A DNA stretch of 62,909 nt, counting the filler, from Licmophora abbreviata (lineage: Eukaryota): assembly GCA_900291995.1 (NCBI GenBank). It is 15 parts of 15 records of this genome, joined end to end, with 100 filler letters (N's around TTAATTAATTAA, not from the genome) between each part and the next. Parts side by side here need not be neighbours in the genome. Positions count along the whole stretch, not along the records: positions 51,771 to 54,864 come from OLMU01003813.1; positions 54,965 to 57,729 come from OLMU01003814.1; positions 57,830 to 59,469 come from OLMU01003816.1; positions 59,570 to 60,813 come from OLMU01003817.1; positions 60,914 to 62,909 come from OLMU01003820.1; 10 more parts are not named here. The stretch is one strand, 5' to 3'. A program made the translations under genes and the position numbers. Below the pieces are notes generated by a model. It did not search any database. It saw only the letters and a list, made by a program, of their open reading frames with translations, and had not been told where the DNA came from. Shown here one piece after another: positions 53,578 to 62,909 of this stretch (positions within the stretch are counted from its first letter, which is position 1; the number at the start of each line of letters is the position of its first letter).

Positions 53578-55241
53578 ATGTCCCAGAGCACGCTGACCTT
53601 TTCCGACGACCAGGCCGAAGCCCATGACCGCATCTCCGAGATGTTGCGGGCGGCGGGTGTCGATCTGGAGGAAGGGCTTGTCCTGCCCGCGCGTGAAGGC
53701 AAACCTCGCGTCATGGCGGTTGTCGGCAAGGCCGGGTCCGGCAAGACGCTGCTCCTTGCCGCGCTGACCCATGCGCTGGAAGAGGCCGGGGTGGATATCG
53801 TGTCAGGCGACTGGGAAGGCCGCAAGCGACGTGACAAGCGCACCTTGGCGATCCTTGCGCCGACCAACAAGGCGGCCAGCGTGTTGCGGCTGCGTGGGGT
53901 GCCGGCGACCACGATTCACCGGATCCTCTATACCCCCGTCTATCATCCGGAATACGAAAAGATCGCCGAATGGCTGGCGGGCAATGGCGAGCGCCCCGAG
54001 ATCGAGGGCCTGACCGACGAGGCGCTGGACCGGGCGTTTGCGTTCTATCAGTCGAACAAGTCCGTGCCCGGTGCGCTGGCTGCGGCGGGTCTGCGCGGAA
54101 GCGATTTCATCACTGGCTGGAAGCGCCGCGAAGAGCCGCTCGATATCGGACTGGTGGATGAGGCGTCGATGCTCGACGACAAGCAGTTCGAGGATCTCAA
54201 GGATATCTTTCCCAATCTTCTGCTGTTCGGCGATCCTGCGCAGCTTGCGCCGGTGAACCAGTCCGGGTCGATGGTCTTCGATGCGCTGCCGGACACGTCC
54301 AAGCTGATCCTGCACCGCATCCACCGGCAGGATGCCGATAACCCGATCCTGGATCTGGCGCACGCGCTGGCCGATCCACAGCTTGATTTCGCGGCGTTCG
54401 AACAGATGGTCGAAGAGAAGTCCCGCCAGGATGACCGTGTGCGTTGGGCGCAGCGGGTCGAGGTGGATCTGATGGCGCGCTCGCCAGTTCTGGTCTGGCG
54501 CAATGCCACCCGCATCCGGCTGATCAATGCGTTCCGCGCTGTCCATGGCGCCCCCGAGGATGCCCTTCTCGAAGGTGAGCCGCTGATCTGCGACGGTATT
54601 GAACTGCCGCTCAAGCATCGCAAGAAGCGGCTGGATCTCGAGGCGCGCGGCCTCATCAAGGGGGCGCAGGTCATCTACCTTGGCCTTGGCAGCAAGCCCG
54701 GGTTTTCGCGGTTGCATGTGATCGGCGCCGAAGAGCCGCGCGTCAGTGCGGCCAGCATCGTGAAGATCGAGAAGCCCGATGAGGAAGAGCCGTTCATCCC
54801 CTTCGCGGCGCGCATGGGGGCGACTTTTCTGCATGGTGCGGCCGTGACGATCCATAAGGCGCAANNNNNNNNNNNNNNNNNNNNNNNNNNNNNNNNNNNN
54901 NNNNNNNNTTAATTAATTAANNNNNNNNNNNNNNNNNNNNNNNNNNNNNNNNNNNNNNNNNNNNTGCGGCCGTGACGATCCATAAGGCGCAAGGCTCGCA
55001 ATGGCGCGATGTGCAGGTCTTTGCGCCGGATATTTATGCCGCCTCGCGCATGGGCCGCACCGAAGCCGGCCAACCCTTATGGAAGCGGCTGGCCTATGTG
55101 GCGATCACCCGCGCCGAAGAACGGCTGCATTGGGTGGTGCGCAACCGCCTTGCCAAACCGACAGGCCCCTTGCGGATCGACGATCTGCGCGCGGCGCCGG
55201 TGCCTTTGCAACTCCAGCCCGAAGAGGACGCCAACCCATGA
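53578..55241 (+). CDS. RecD-like SF1 DNA helicase, spans gap 54865-54964 (contig ends overlap)
   Basis: GKAGSGKT, APTNKAA, DEASM, GDPAQL, TIHKAQGS, YVAITRA. Confidence 0.9.
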
Positions 55242-55957
55242 AAACCATCCTTGTCACAGGGGCCAGCGCCGGGATCGGTGCCGCCTGCGCCCGAACGTTT
55301 CTGGAGGCGGGCTGGCACGTCGGCTGTCTGGCACGACGCGAAGATGCCTTGCGCGACATGGCACAGGACCATCCCAACGCCGCGATCCTGCCCTGCGACG
55401 TGACCGACCCGCGCGCGGTCGAGGCGGCGTTCGATACCTTCACCACACAGGCCGGTCGGCTGGACGTTCTGTTCAACAACGCGGGCAGTTTCGGGCGCGC
55501 CGCCCTGATTGACGAGCTGAGCCATGAGGAATGGCATCAGGTGGTCGATGTGAATTTGCACGGCATGTTCAACTGTGCCCGTGCGGCCTTTGCCCGAATG
55601 CGCGCACAGACCCCGCAGGGCGGGCGCATCATCAACAACGGCTCGATCAGCGCCCATGCGCCGCGCGCGCTGTCGGTGGCCTATACCACCACCAAGCACG
55701 CGATCACCGGTCTGACCAAAACGCTGTCTCTGGATGGGCGGGCGTTCGGCATCGCATGCGGGCAGATCGATATCGGCAACGCCCGGACCGAGCTTCTGGA
55801 GGGAATCATCGCGGCCAATCCCCACGATGCGCCACCGACCATGGATGTGGCCGATGTGGGCCGTGCCGTGCTGCATATGGCCGAGCTTCCCGCCGAGGCC
55901 AATGTCCAGTTCATGACGCTGATGGCCACCACGATGCCCTATATCGGCCGCGGCTGA
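55238..55957 (+). CDS. Short-chain dehydrogenase/reductase
   Basis: TGASAGIG, NNAG, YTTTK. Confidence 0.9.
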   Translation: MKTILVTGASAGIGAACARTFLEAGWHVGCLARREDALRDMAQDHPNAAILPCDVTDPRAVEAAFDTFTTQAGRLDVLFNNAGSFGRAALIDELSHEEWHQVVDVNLHGMFNCARAAFARMRAQTPQGGRIINNGSISAHAPRALSVAYTTTKHAITGLTKTLSLDGRAFGIACGQIDIGNARTELLEGIIAANPHDAPPTMDVADVGRAVLHMAELPAEANVQFMTLMATTMPYIGRG

Positions 55958-56055
55958 CAGGGACCGCACGGGCGTTTGGAAACGCCGGGCTTGGCGCCAA
56001 AGAAAAAGGGCCTGCGCGTCCGCAGGCCCCCGTGACGTTCTTCAGCCGGTCCGGG

Positions 56056-56481
56056 TCACTTCTTCAAAGCGTCCCGGATTTCCATCAGCAGGTCCAGTTC
56101 GGTCGGCCCTGCGGGTTCCTCTTCGGCGGGGGCTTCCTCTGTCTCGGCGGTGGCCTCCTTGGCGCGGTTCACGGCCTTGACCAGCAGGAAGACCACGAAG
56201 GCGATGATCAGGAAATTGATCACGGCCATCACGAACCGGCCCCAGGCAAAGACCGCGACACCGGCCTCTTCCGCTTCGGTGATCGAGGCGAATTCGCCCG
56301 CGCCCAACACGACATATTGCCCGGCGAAATCGATTCCGCCCATGAAGAGACTGATGATCGGATTGACCAGATCGCCCACAAGCGAGCTGACAATGGCGGT
56401 AAATGCCGCCCCGATGATGATGCCGACAGCCATGTCCATGACATTGCCTTTGGCGATGAAGTCTTTGAATTCCTGAATCAT
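56056..56481 (-). CDS. mscL: Large-conductance mechanosensitive channel
   Basis: [33 protein letters not shown]. Confidence 0.96.
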   Translation of the reverse strand: MIQEFKDFIAKGNVMDMAVGIIIGAAFTAIVSSLVGDLVNPIISLFMGGIDFAGQYVVLGAGEFASITEAEEAGVAVFAWGRFVMAVINFLIIAFVVFLLVKAVNRAKEATAETEEAPAEEEPAGPTELDLLMEIRDALKK

Positions 56482-56634
56482 TTTCACTGTCCCCTTTTTT
56501 CGCTTCACTCGTCAAACATGGCCCCATTGTCCACGTTGGCGGGACAATAATGCGCATTTTTCGAAAAAAGCGAGACAATGAAATGTCGGCTCGGCGATGG
56601 CCTGTCTGGTGTGGCAAACTTGTGCCGAACCCGG

Positions 56635-57084
56635 TCAGCCGGGCAGACTGCCTTCCAGAACATAGCGCAGGATCTGCACCACCTGTTCAGGCGTGCGCGC
56701 CATCGCCAGCGCGGCGGCGTTCACTTCCTTGAGGGCGTGGTCATGCTCTGGCGGCTGCAAGATGATGAGCGATTTGCCAAGCGCACTGGCATAGCCCGCA
56801 TCAAAGGCCGCGTTCCACTGCTTGTACTTGTCGCCAAAGCGCACAACCACCACATCGGCATCGGCAATCCCCTTGCGGGTGCGGATCGCGTTGATCATCG
56901 CGCCCTTGTGGTCGTGCCAGTATTTGTCATCCTCGGCGCCAAGGATCTCGACACCGCAATCATCGCTGGCCGCATGATCGGTGACCGGGCTGTTGAAGGC
57001 GACATTCAGACCCTTGGCGCCCTCGATGATCCGATCGCGCCAGTCGGTGTGGATTTCGCCGGAAAGATATACGTTCAGTGTCAT
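56635..57084 (-). CDS. YtoQ family protein
   Basis: VYLSGEIHTDWR, VVRFGDKYKQWNAAFDAG. Confidence 0.88.
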   Translation of the reverse strand: MTLNVYLSGEIHTDWRDRIIEGAKGLNVAFNSPVTDHAASDDCGVEILGAEDDKYWHDHKGAMINAIRTRKGIADADVVVVRFGDKYKQWNAAFDAGYASALGKSLIILQPPEHDHALKEVNAAALAMARTPEQVVQILRYVLEGSLPG

Positions 57085-57237
57085 GGTATCCCCTTTTGCC
57101 TACCTGTCGTTGCCTGATGAAAGCTCAAGCGTTCCTCCTTCAGCCTGAGGCATCAGCGACAGGCGGAACGCGTGCAACGATTAAATTGAACACCGCATGT
57201 CGCGGAACGATTTAGGGTGGAGCCACCCGATGTCACC

Positions 57238-57729
57238 TCACCCGCGCAATTTGCCTCCGGTGGCTTTCTCGACCTTCTCGACGATCGCTTTCGACACCGC
57301 GTCGATCTCCGCTTCCTTGAGCGTCGCCTCGACCGGCTGAAGCCGCACGGTCACCGCAAGGGATTTCCGGCCTTCGCCCAGACTGCCGCCGATGAATTCG
57401 TCAAAGACGCGCACATCCTCGATCAGGGCCTTGTCGGCGCCGGCGGCTGCATTGACCAGGGTGAGTGCTTCGACATCGGCATCCACCACAAAGGCGAAAT
57501 CCCTTTCGACAGCCTGCAGATCGCGGATCGCAAGCGCGCCGCGCCCGGTGGTTTTCTTGCGCGGCAGCGGCAGTTCGGCGGGGAACAGGGTAAAGGCGAC
57601 CGCCGGTCCCTTGACGTCCATCGCCTCCAGCACGCGGGGGTGCAGCTCTCCGAAAATGCCCAGCACCTTCTTGGGGCCAAGACAAATGCGCCCATGCCGG
57701 CCGGATGGAACCAGTCCGGCCCATCGCGC
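57238..57729 (-). CDS. pheT: Phenylalanyl-tRNA synthetase beta subunit, C-terminal part, apparent 1-nt frameshift at ~57701
   Basis: GELHP, RDFAFVVD, VFDEF.G, KSLA, LRG anticodon-binding domain. Confidence 0.93.
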   Translation of the reverse strand, partial: ARWAGLVPSGRHGRICLGPKKVLGIFGELHPRVLEAMDVKGPAVAFTLFPAELPLPRKKTTGRGALAIRDLQAVERDFAFVVDADVEALTLVNAAAGADKALIEDVRVFDEFIGGSLGEGRKSLAVTVRLQPVEATLKEAEIDAVSKAIVEKVEKATGGKLRG

Positions 57730-57829
57730 NNNNNNNNNNNNNNNNNNNNNNNNNNNNNNNNNNNNNNNNNNNNTTAATTAATTAANNNNNNNNNNNNNNN
57801 NNNNNNNNNNNNNNNNNNNNNNNNNNNNN

Positions 57830-58551
57830 TCGGGCTGCCCGCCGTGAATAAGCGCCATCGTGACGCCCGAGAACGAGACATGAAACAAGCTGCCCTGACC
57901 TTCGATCAGATCCCAGTGATCCTCGTCGTTGTCGGGCGTCAGCCATTCGATCGATCCGGCCATGAAATCCGCGATGACCGCATCCAGCGGCACGCCATCG
58001 CCGGTGATCAGGATGCCGGTCTGGCCCGTGGCGCGGAACGTGGCTTTCAGGCCCCGCTCGTGCATGTCACGTTCCATTGCCATGGCAGTATACATCTTGC
58101 CGACCGAGCAATCCGTACCCACGGCCAGACAGCGCTTGCCGCGACGCTTCTTGCCGTCCGCAATGGGATAATTCACTTCCGGCACGCGCACGTCATGCAG
58201 GCTGCGCCCCGTCGCTTCGGCCACCGCCACCAGATCGGGCTCGTTGCGCAAAAGGTTGTGCAGGCCCGCGGCCAGATCGAACCCTTCCTCAAGCGCGGTC
58301 ACCAGAACCTTCTTCCATTCCTTCGAAATCACGCCGCCCCGATTGGCCACGCCGATCACAAGCGTCTTCGCGCCCGCGGCCTTGGCCTCGGCCAGCGTCA
58401 TGTCGGTCAGGCCCAGATCAGCGCCGCACCCTTCGAGGCGGAACTGACCCACGGCATTTTCAGGGCGCCAGTCACGGATGCCGATAGCCACCTTCGCGGC
58501 CAGCATATCGGGCGCATCGCCCAAAAACAGCAGGTAAGGGGTCTGGATCAT
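57830..58551 (-). CDS. dgcN: DUF1611 / DgcN-like N-acetyltransferase, partial
   Basis: PYLLFLGDA, GTDCSVGKMYT, ATGQTG, EGQGSL. Confidence 0.8.
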
Positions 58552-58851
58552 GGCAGCTCCTTTCGGGAATCGAGTTTGGCGAAGGTTCCTATCTTCTCGC
58601 TGCGATGTCATGCGATAGTCTCGGCATCAAGCCGGGTTTTAAGCAAGATCGTTCGGAAATTTGATGCATTGATCGAAGAATATTCCTCCAATCCTCTGGC
58701 CTGCCGACAATGCCCAACCCGGATGCCTTTGGGGCGCAACTCGCAAGCGCAGCATTCTTGCTGCACCTGCAGAAACGTGTTGCGATGCCTTGCGCAATTT
58801 AATACCGATCGGGCGATACGAAATGAAACTTTTGAAAAGAGGGTGCCCGCC

Positions 58852-59795
58852 ATGAGCTTCCGCCTGCAACCCCCCGCCCCGGCCCGTCCGAACCGCTGTC
58901 AGTTGTTCGGCCCCGGCTCGAACGCGAAACTCTTCGAGAAAATGGCCTCCAGCGCCGCCGATGTGGTCAATATCGATCTCGAGGATTCCGTGGCCCCCTC
59001 GGACAAGGATCTCGCCCGCAAACAGACGATCGAGGCGATCAATACCGTGGATTGGGGCAAGAAATACCTTTCAGTGCGGATCAACGGGCTGGATTCGCCG
59101 TTCTGGTATCGTGATGTCGTCGATCTTCTGGAGCAGACGGGCGACCGTTTGGACCAGATCATGATCCCCAAGGCGGGATGCGCCGCCGATATCTATGCCG
59201 TGGATGCTCTGGTCACGTCGATCGAGGCCGCAAAAGGCCGCAGCAAGCGGATCAGCTTCGAGGCGATCATCGAATCCGCCGCTGGTATCGCCCATGTCGA
59301 AGAGATCGCCGCCGCAAGCCCCCGGATGCAGGCCCTCAGCCTTGGGGCGGCGGATTTCGCGGCGTCCATGGGGATGGCGACCACCGGAATCGGCGGCACC
59401 CAGGAGAATTACTACATGCTCCATGAGGGCGCGAAATACTGGTCCGATCCGTGGCATTGGGCGCAAACCNNNNNNNNNNNNNNNNNNNNNNNNNNNNNNN
59501 NNNNNNNNNNNNNTTAATTAATTAANNNNNNNNNNNNNNNNNNNNNNNNNNNNNNNNNNNNNNNNNNNNGGTGGGCAAATGGGCGATCCATCCCAAGCAG
59601 ATCGCGCTTGCCAACGAGATCTTCACGCCCTCTGCCGAGGCGGTTCAAGAGGCGCGCGAGATCCTGCAGGCGATGGACGAGGCGAAGGCCCGCGGCGAGG
59701 GGGCGACCACCTACAAGGGTCGTCTTGTCGATATCGCGTCGATCAAACAGGCCGAGGTGATCGTTCGTCAGGCCGAGATGATCGAGGCGATGTAA
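58852..59795 (+). CDS. mcl1: L-malyl-CoA/beta-methylmalyl-CoA lyase, spans gap 59470-59569
   Basis: MSFRLQP..PARPNRCQLFGPGS, GIGGTQENYYM, GKWAIHPKQ; matches recalled Rhodobacter Mcl1. Confidence 0.92.
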
Positions 59796-59827
59796 CCCGT
59801 CGTATTCCGGCCAATCTGGAACAAATA

Positions 59828-59862
59828 ACCCCGGCAAGGCCCATCGCCTTGCCGGGGTTTTT
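59828..59862. terminator. Intrinsic terminator after mcl1
   Basis: AACCCCGGCAAGG...CCTTGCCGGGGTTTTT. Confidence 0.8.
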
Positions 59863-59890
59863 CGTGTCGTCCGGTCCCGCCGTCGCCCAA

Positions 59891-60559
59891 TCAGGCGGCG
59901 TTTGGCAGGATCACGATCTCGACCCGGCGGTTCTGGGCGCGGCCTGCATCGGTCAGATTGTCGGCGACCGGCTGGTTCTCGCCCCGGCCAAAGGTCTGAA
60001 TGCGCGAAAAGGCCACGCCGCCATCCATCAATACATCCGCCACGGCATTTGCCCTGCGCTCGGAAAGCTGCTGGTTATAGCCTGCATCGCCGGTATTGTC
60101 GGTATGGCCCACGACCTGCACGGTCGAATCCGGGTAATCGCGCAGGCTGCTGGCCACGGTCACCAGATCGTCGCGCAGACCGGGCCGTACCGAGGCGCTG
60201 TCCACGTCGAACAGGATATCCTGAGGCAGGGTCACGATCAGGCGGTCGCCTGTATTTGTGATCTGCACGCGATCATCATCCAGTTGCTGACGCAGTTGCG
60301 CCTCTTGCCGGTCCAGCATGTTGCCATAGGTGGCGCCGCCGGCCGCACCGATGGCGCCCCCGATCAGCGCCCCCTTGGCCCGGTCATCGCTGACTACGGC
60401 ACCCACGCCCGCGCCGATGAGACCGCCAAGCAAGGCGCCCTGCTGGGTTTTCTGATAGGGATTGGTGCCGGTCCCGACCATCGCCGGATCGGTACAGGCG
60501 GCCACCGCCAGAAGCGACGCGCCCGAAAGGACGAGAAGAGAGTGTCGTGCTCGGATCAT
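59891..60559 (-). CDS. OmpA-family lipoprotein (glycine zipper plus OmpA C domain)
   Basis: Lipobox VAAC, GHTD..G...YN..LSERRA, NRRVEI. Confidence 0.92.
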   Translation of the reverse strand: MIRARHSLLVLSGASLLAVAACTDPAMVGTGTNPYQKTQQGALLGGLIGAGVGAVVSDDRAKGALIGGAIGAAGGATYGNMLDRQEAQLRQQLDDDRVQITNTGDRLIVTLPQDILFDVDSASVRPGLRDDLVTVASSLRDYPDSTVQVVGHTDNTGDAGYNQQLSERRANAVADVLMDGGVAFSRIQTFGRGENQPVADNLTDAGRAQNRRVEIVILPNAA

Positions 60560-60679
60560 TTCAATGCCTCATGTAACTGCCCATACGCTTGAGCCTGCTT
60601 CAAGGATAGGCAATGCGTGTCCCGGACCCAAGGAAAAACCGCGAGTGTTTCGGCAGCAATCCGCGCAATTCCCTTGGTA

Positions 60680-60813
60680 TCATGCCTCGGTGCGGGCGCT
60701 TTCCCATGCCAGCATCGTGCGTTTGACCGGCAGCCCCCAGTGATAGCCGCCAAGCCCGCCCGACTTGCGCAGCGCGCGGTGACAGGGGATCAGAAAGCTG
60801 ATCGGATTGCGAC
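60680..60813 (-). CDS. ogt: Methylated-DNA-protein-cysteine methyltransferase (Ada/Ogt), C-terminal fragment; absent from the ORF track
   Basis: Manual translation RNPISFLIPCHRALRKSGGLGGYHWGLPVKRTMLAWE contains the PCHR active-site motif. Confidence 0.88.
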
Positions 60814-60913
60814 NNNNNNNNNNNNNNNNNNNNNNNNNNNNNNNNNNNNNNNNNNNNTTAATTAATTAANNNNNNNNNNNNNNNNNNNNNNNNNNNNNNN
60901 NNNNNNNNNNNNN

Positions 60914-61645
60914 CATCAGCTCGGTGCAGGCGCGGCCTTCCCCTGCGACAAGATCGGGATGCGCGATCATCGCCTGCCACAGCCGCACCGCGGCGCTGTC
61001 GCGGGCGCTGCGCCCGTCCTCGGCGGCGGCGAACCGCGCCATCGCACGGCCCATGCCATGCAGCGAGCTGGCGAAATTCGGCGCCGAACAGCCGTCGATC
61101 CCAAAGCCGGGGCTGGTCTCGCCGGTGATCTCTTCGAAGGCCTGCAGGCAGGCTTTCTGCACCTCGTGCTCCGGCTCCACATAGTCCGGACCCCATCCCA
61201 TATGCTTGGCCAGCGTCAGGAAACCCGCATGTTTGCCCGAGCAGTTATTATGCATCTGGCACGGTTCCTCACCCGCACGGATCAGGGCGTTCCGGGCCTC
61301 GCTGTCCTTGGGCATATGCGCTCCGCAGCGGAAATCGTTATCGGATAGGCCCAGATCCGCCAGCCATGCGCCGACCCGGTCGGTATGGATCGCCGCCCCC
61401 TCATGCGAGGCGCAGGCCAGCGCCAGATGCTCAGGCGTAAGCCGGTGCGCTTTGGCAGCGCCGCTTTCGACCAGTGGCAGGGCCTGCAGCATCTTGGCCG
61501 AACTGCGCGGCAACACCACGGTTTCGGGATCGCCCCAGGCGTCCACGATCTCGCCCGCCGCATCGCAGATCACCGCATGTCCCCGATGAACGCTTTCGGC
61601 CAGCGGTCCGCGCCAGATTTCGGTCAGTTTAACAGGTTCGGTCAT
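60914..61645 (-). CDS. Class-3 (Rhizobium AnsA-type) L-asparaginase, partial
   Basis: ESVHRG, RSSAK.LQAL, CASH.G, NNCSGKH, DGCSAP. Confidence 0.88.
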
Positions 61646-61842
61646 ATGGGCCTCTGCGTTTCGGTCTGGGTGTTTGACGGTGCGCCGCTGTGCGGTTTTC
61701 CGCCAATTGCGTCTTTCATGTCTCGCCTGTTTCAGGCTAAGCTTGCTATGTCGAGTATGAAAAGGCCGCGCAAGATACAACTCCCCTTCCAGAGGGTTGC
61801 GGCCCGAAGATTGAGGTTAAGGACAGCTTGGAGGCTGGACAT

Positions 61843-62370
61843 ATGGTATCACGAATAGCAGGTGGATTGGCTGGACTGGCCTTCGCCCTTACGGCGACAG
61901 CCGGTTTCGCCCAGAATGAAAGCACCAATCAGGTTGCGGCCGAAACCGCATGGAGTGTGTTCGAGGACAACGATCCGCGTGAATGCTGGGCGGTGTCGTC
62001 GCCCACGGAAACGGTCAATACACAGGATGGCCGTGTCGTTGCCGTGCGTCGCGGGGATATCCTTCTGATGACATTCTATCGCCCCGATGCGGATGTGCAG
62101 GGGCAGGTGGCCTTTACCGGTGGCTATCCCTTCGCTGGCGGCTCTACGGTGAACGTCAATATCGGCGGCACCCAGTTCGAGCTGTTCACCGATGGCGAAT
62201 GGGCCTGGCCCGCCAGCACATCGGATGACGCCAAGATCATCGCGGCGATGAAGCGCGGCACCGATGCGGTCTTCACGGCCCGCTCGTCGCGTGGCACCCA
62301 GACCAAGGACACGTTCTCACTTCTGGGCTACACCGCCGCAGTCGAAGAGGCTGAACGCCGCTGCAAGTGA
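61843..62370 (+). CDS. Invasion-associated locus B (IalB) family secreted protein
   Basis: Signal peptide, WSVF...CW, SSRGT.TKDTFSLLG.TAA...C. Confidence 0.85.
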   Translation: MVSRIAGGLAGLAFALTATAGFAQNESTNQVAAETAWSVFEDNDPRECWAVSSPTETVNTQDGRVVAVRRGDILLMTFYRPDADVQGQVAFTGGYPFAGGSTVNVNIGGTQFELFTDGEWAWPASTSDDAKIIAAMKRGTDAVFTARSSRGTQTKDTFSLLGYTAAVEEAERRCK

Positions 62371-62394
62371 TCTTGCCTCATTGCCGAACATGAC

Positions 62395-62416
62395 TCAGGG
62401 CCCCTCGGGGCCCTGA
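62395..62416 (+). terminator. Stem-loop after ialB, probable terminator
   Basis: TCAGGGCCCC-TC-GGGGCCCTGA perfect hairpin; weak U-tail. Confidence 0.55.
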
Positions 62417-62909
62417 ATGCGTTTCGCTGCTGCCTTTGCCCCGTCAATTCACTGAAGTGCTAGCAGTCACAAAGAAATTCCCGGTCGGCACCACATGCCG
62501 GATCACCTTGAGCGCCGGGATCAACCCGCTTGGCGGGTTGCTGCAGGGATCGAAGCTGTGGTTGGCGGCCACCTTGATCTCATCCCATCAAACGCACTGG
62601 GCAATCGAAGACGCCCGAACTGGCCAACCGGAAAGTCACCTGACTTGCCAAGCGCTCAAGGTGATCGGCCAAGAGTGCGAATTCGGGCCGTAACTTTGGC
62701 GAAAAGAAGGCTAAAACGCACAAATCCTGATGTTTTTCTGGGATATTTCATCTCGTTGCTGTGGCGGTTTTGTGCCCGCAGCCTCAAGCGATATCTTTCC
62801 CGCAAGCAAGACAACCGGCCCCCGTCCACGATTCGCAAGGTGTCGCGCGGGTCCTTGCGACCCGCCGGCGCAATCCGGGTTTCACGGCTGATCCGTGCCG
62901 GGGCGGGGG

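Noticed and set aside
53578..55241. RecD-like helicase as an anti-phage system
   Set aside because: No nuclease or defence neighbours; it sits in an ordinary housekeeping context
57114..57170. CTGATGA as a hammerhead ribozyme core
   Set aside because: No stem II followed by GAAA and no suitable cleavage-site geometry
62739..62749. GGGATATTT as a fourth REP-like copy
   Set aside because: Lacks the hairpins and the GCCAGAAGAA tail

Overview
GC-rich chromosomal window from a Rhodobacteraceae (Roseobacter-group-like) alphaproteobacterium. It is a draft scaffold of 15 contigs joined by 14 artificial 100-nt linkers (N..TTAATTAATTAA..N), and many genes continue across the gaps. Content is mostly core metabolism: TCA genes (mdh, sucC fragment, sucD, sucA, sucB, lpdA, sdhCDAB) and ethylmalonyl-CoA pathway genes (mcl2, mch, ecm, ccr, mcl1). 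Also present are an RND pair, rpoE-chrR with a divergent furan-fatty-acid-type operon, a GcvT/DmdA-like demethylase, a formate dehydrogenase alpha subunit, an acyl-CoA ligase/ABC transporter/two-component module, a luxR-luxI cassette, a RecD-like helicase, mscL, pheT, dgcN, ompA, ogt, a class-3 asparaginase and ialB. No rRNA, tRNA, CRISPR, prophage or transposase was recognised. The most interesting unexplained signals are non-coding. (1) A candidate sigma54-dependent ~135-nt sRNA (minus strand, 30927-31062) with a perfect -24/-12 promoter, a long stem exposing a C-rich anti-SD bulge, and an intrinsic terminator. (2) A REP/BIME-like intergenic repeat family. (3) Recurrent operator motifs: paired GTGATCAC boxes before the suc and sdh operons, CTGC-N3/4-GC(A/G)G boxes before ethylmalonyl-CoA genes, and a CtrA box before the luxR cassette. 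(4) An 11-bp-period tandem array and two further structured intergenic elements. All calls are by eye from sequence and recalled family motifs; no searches were run.
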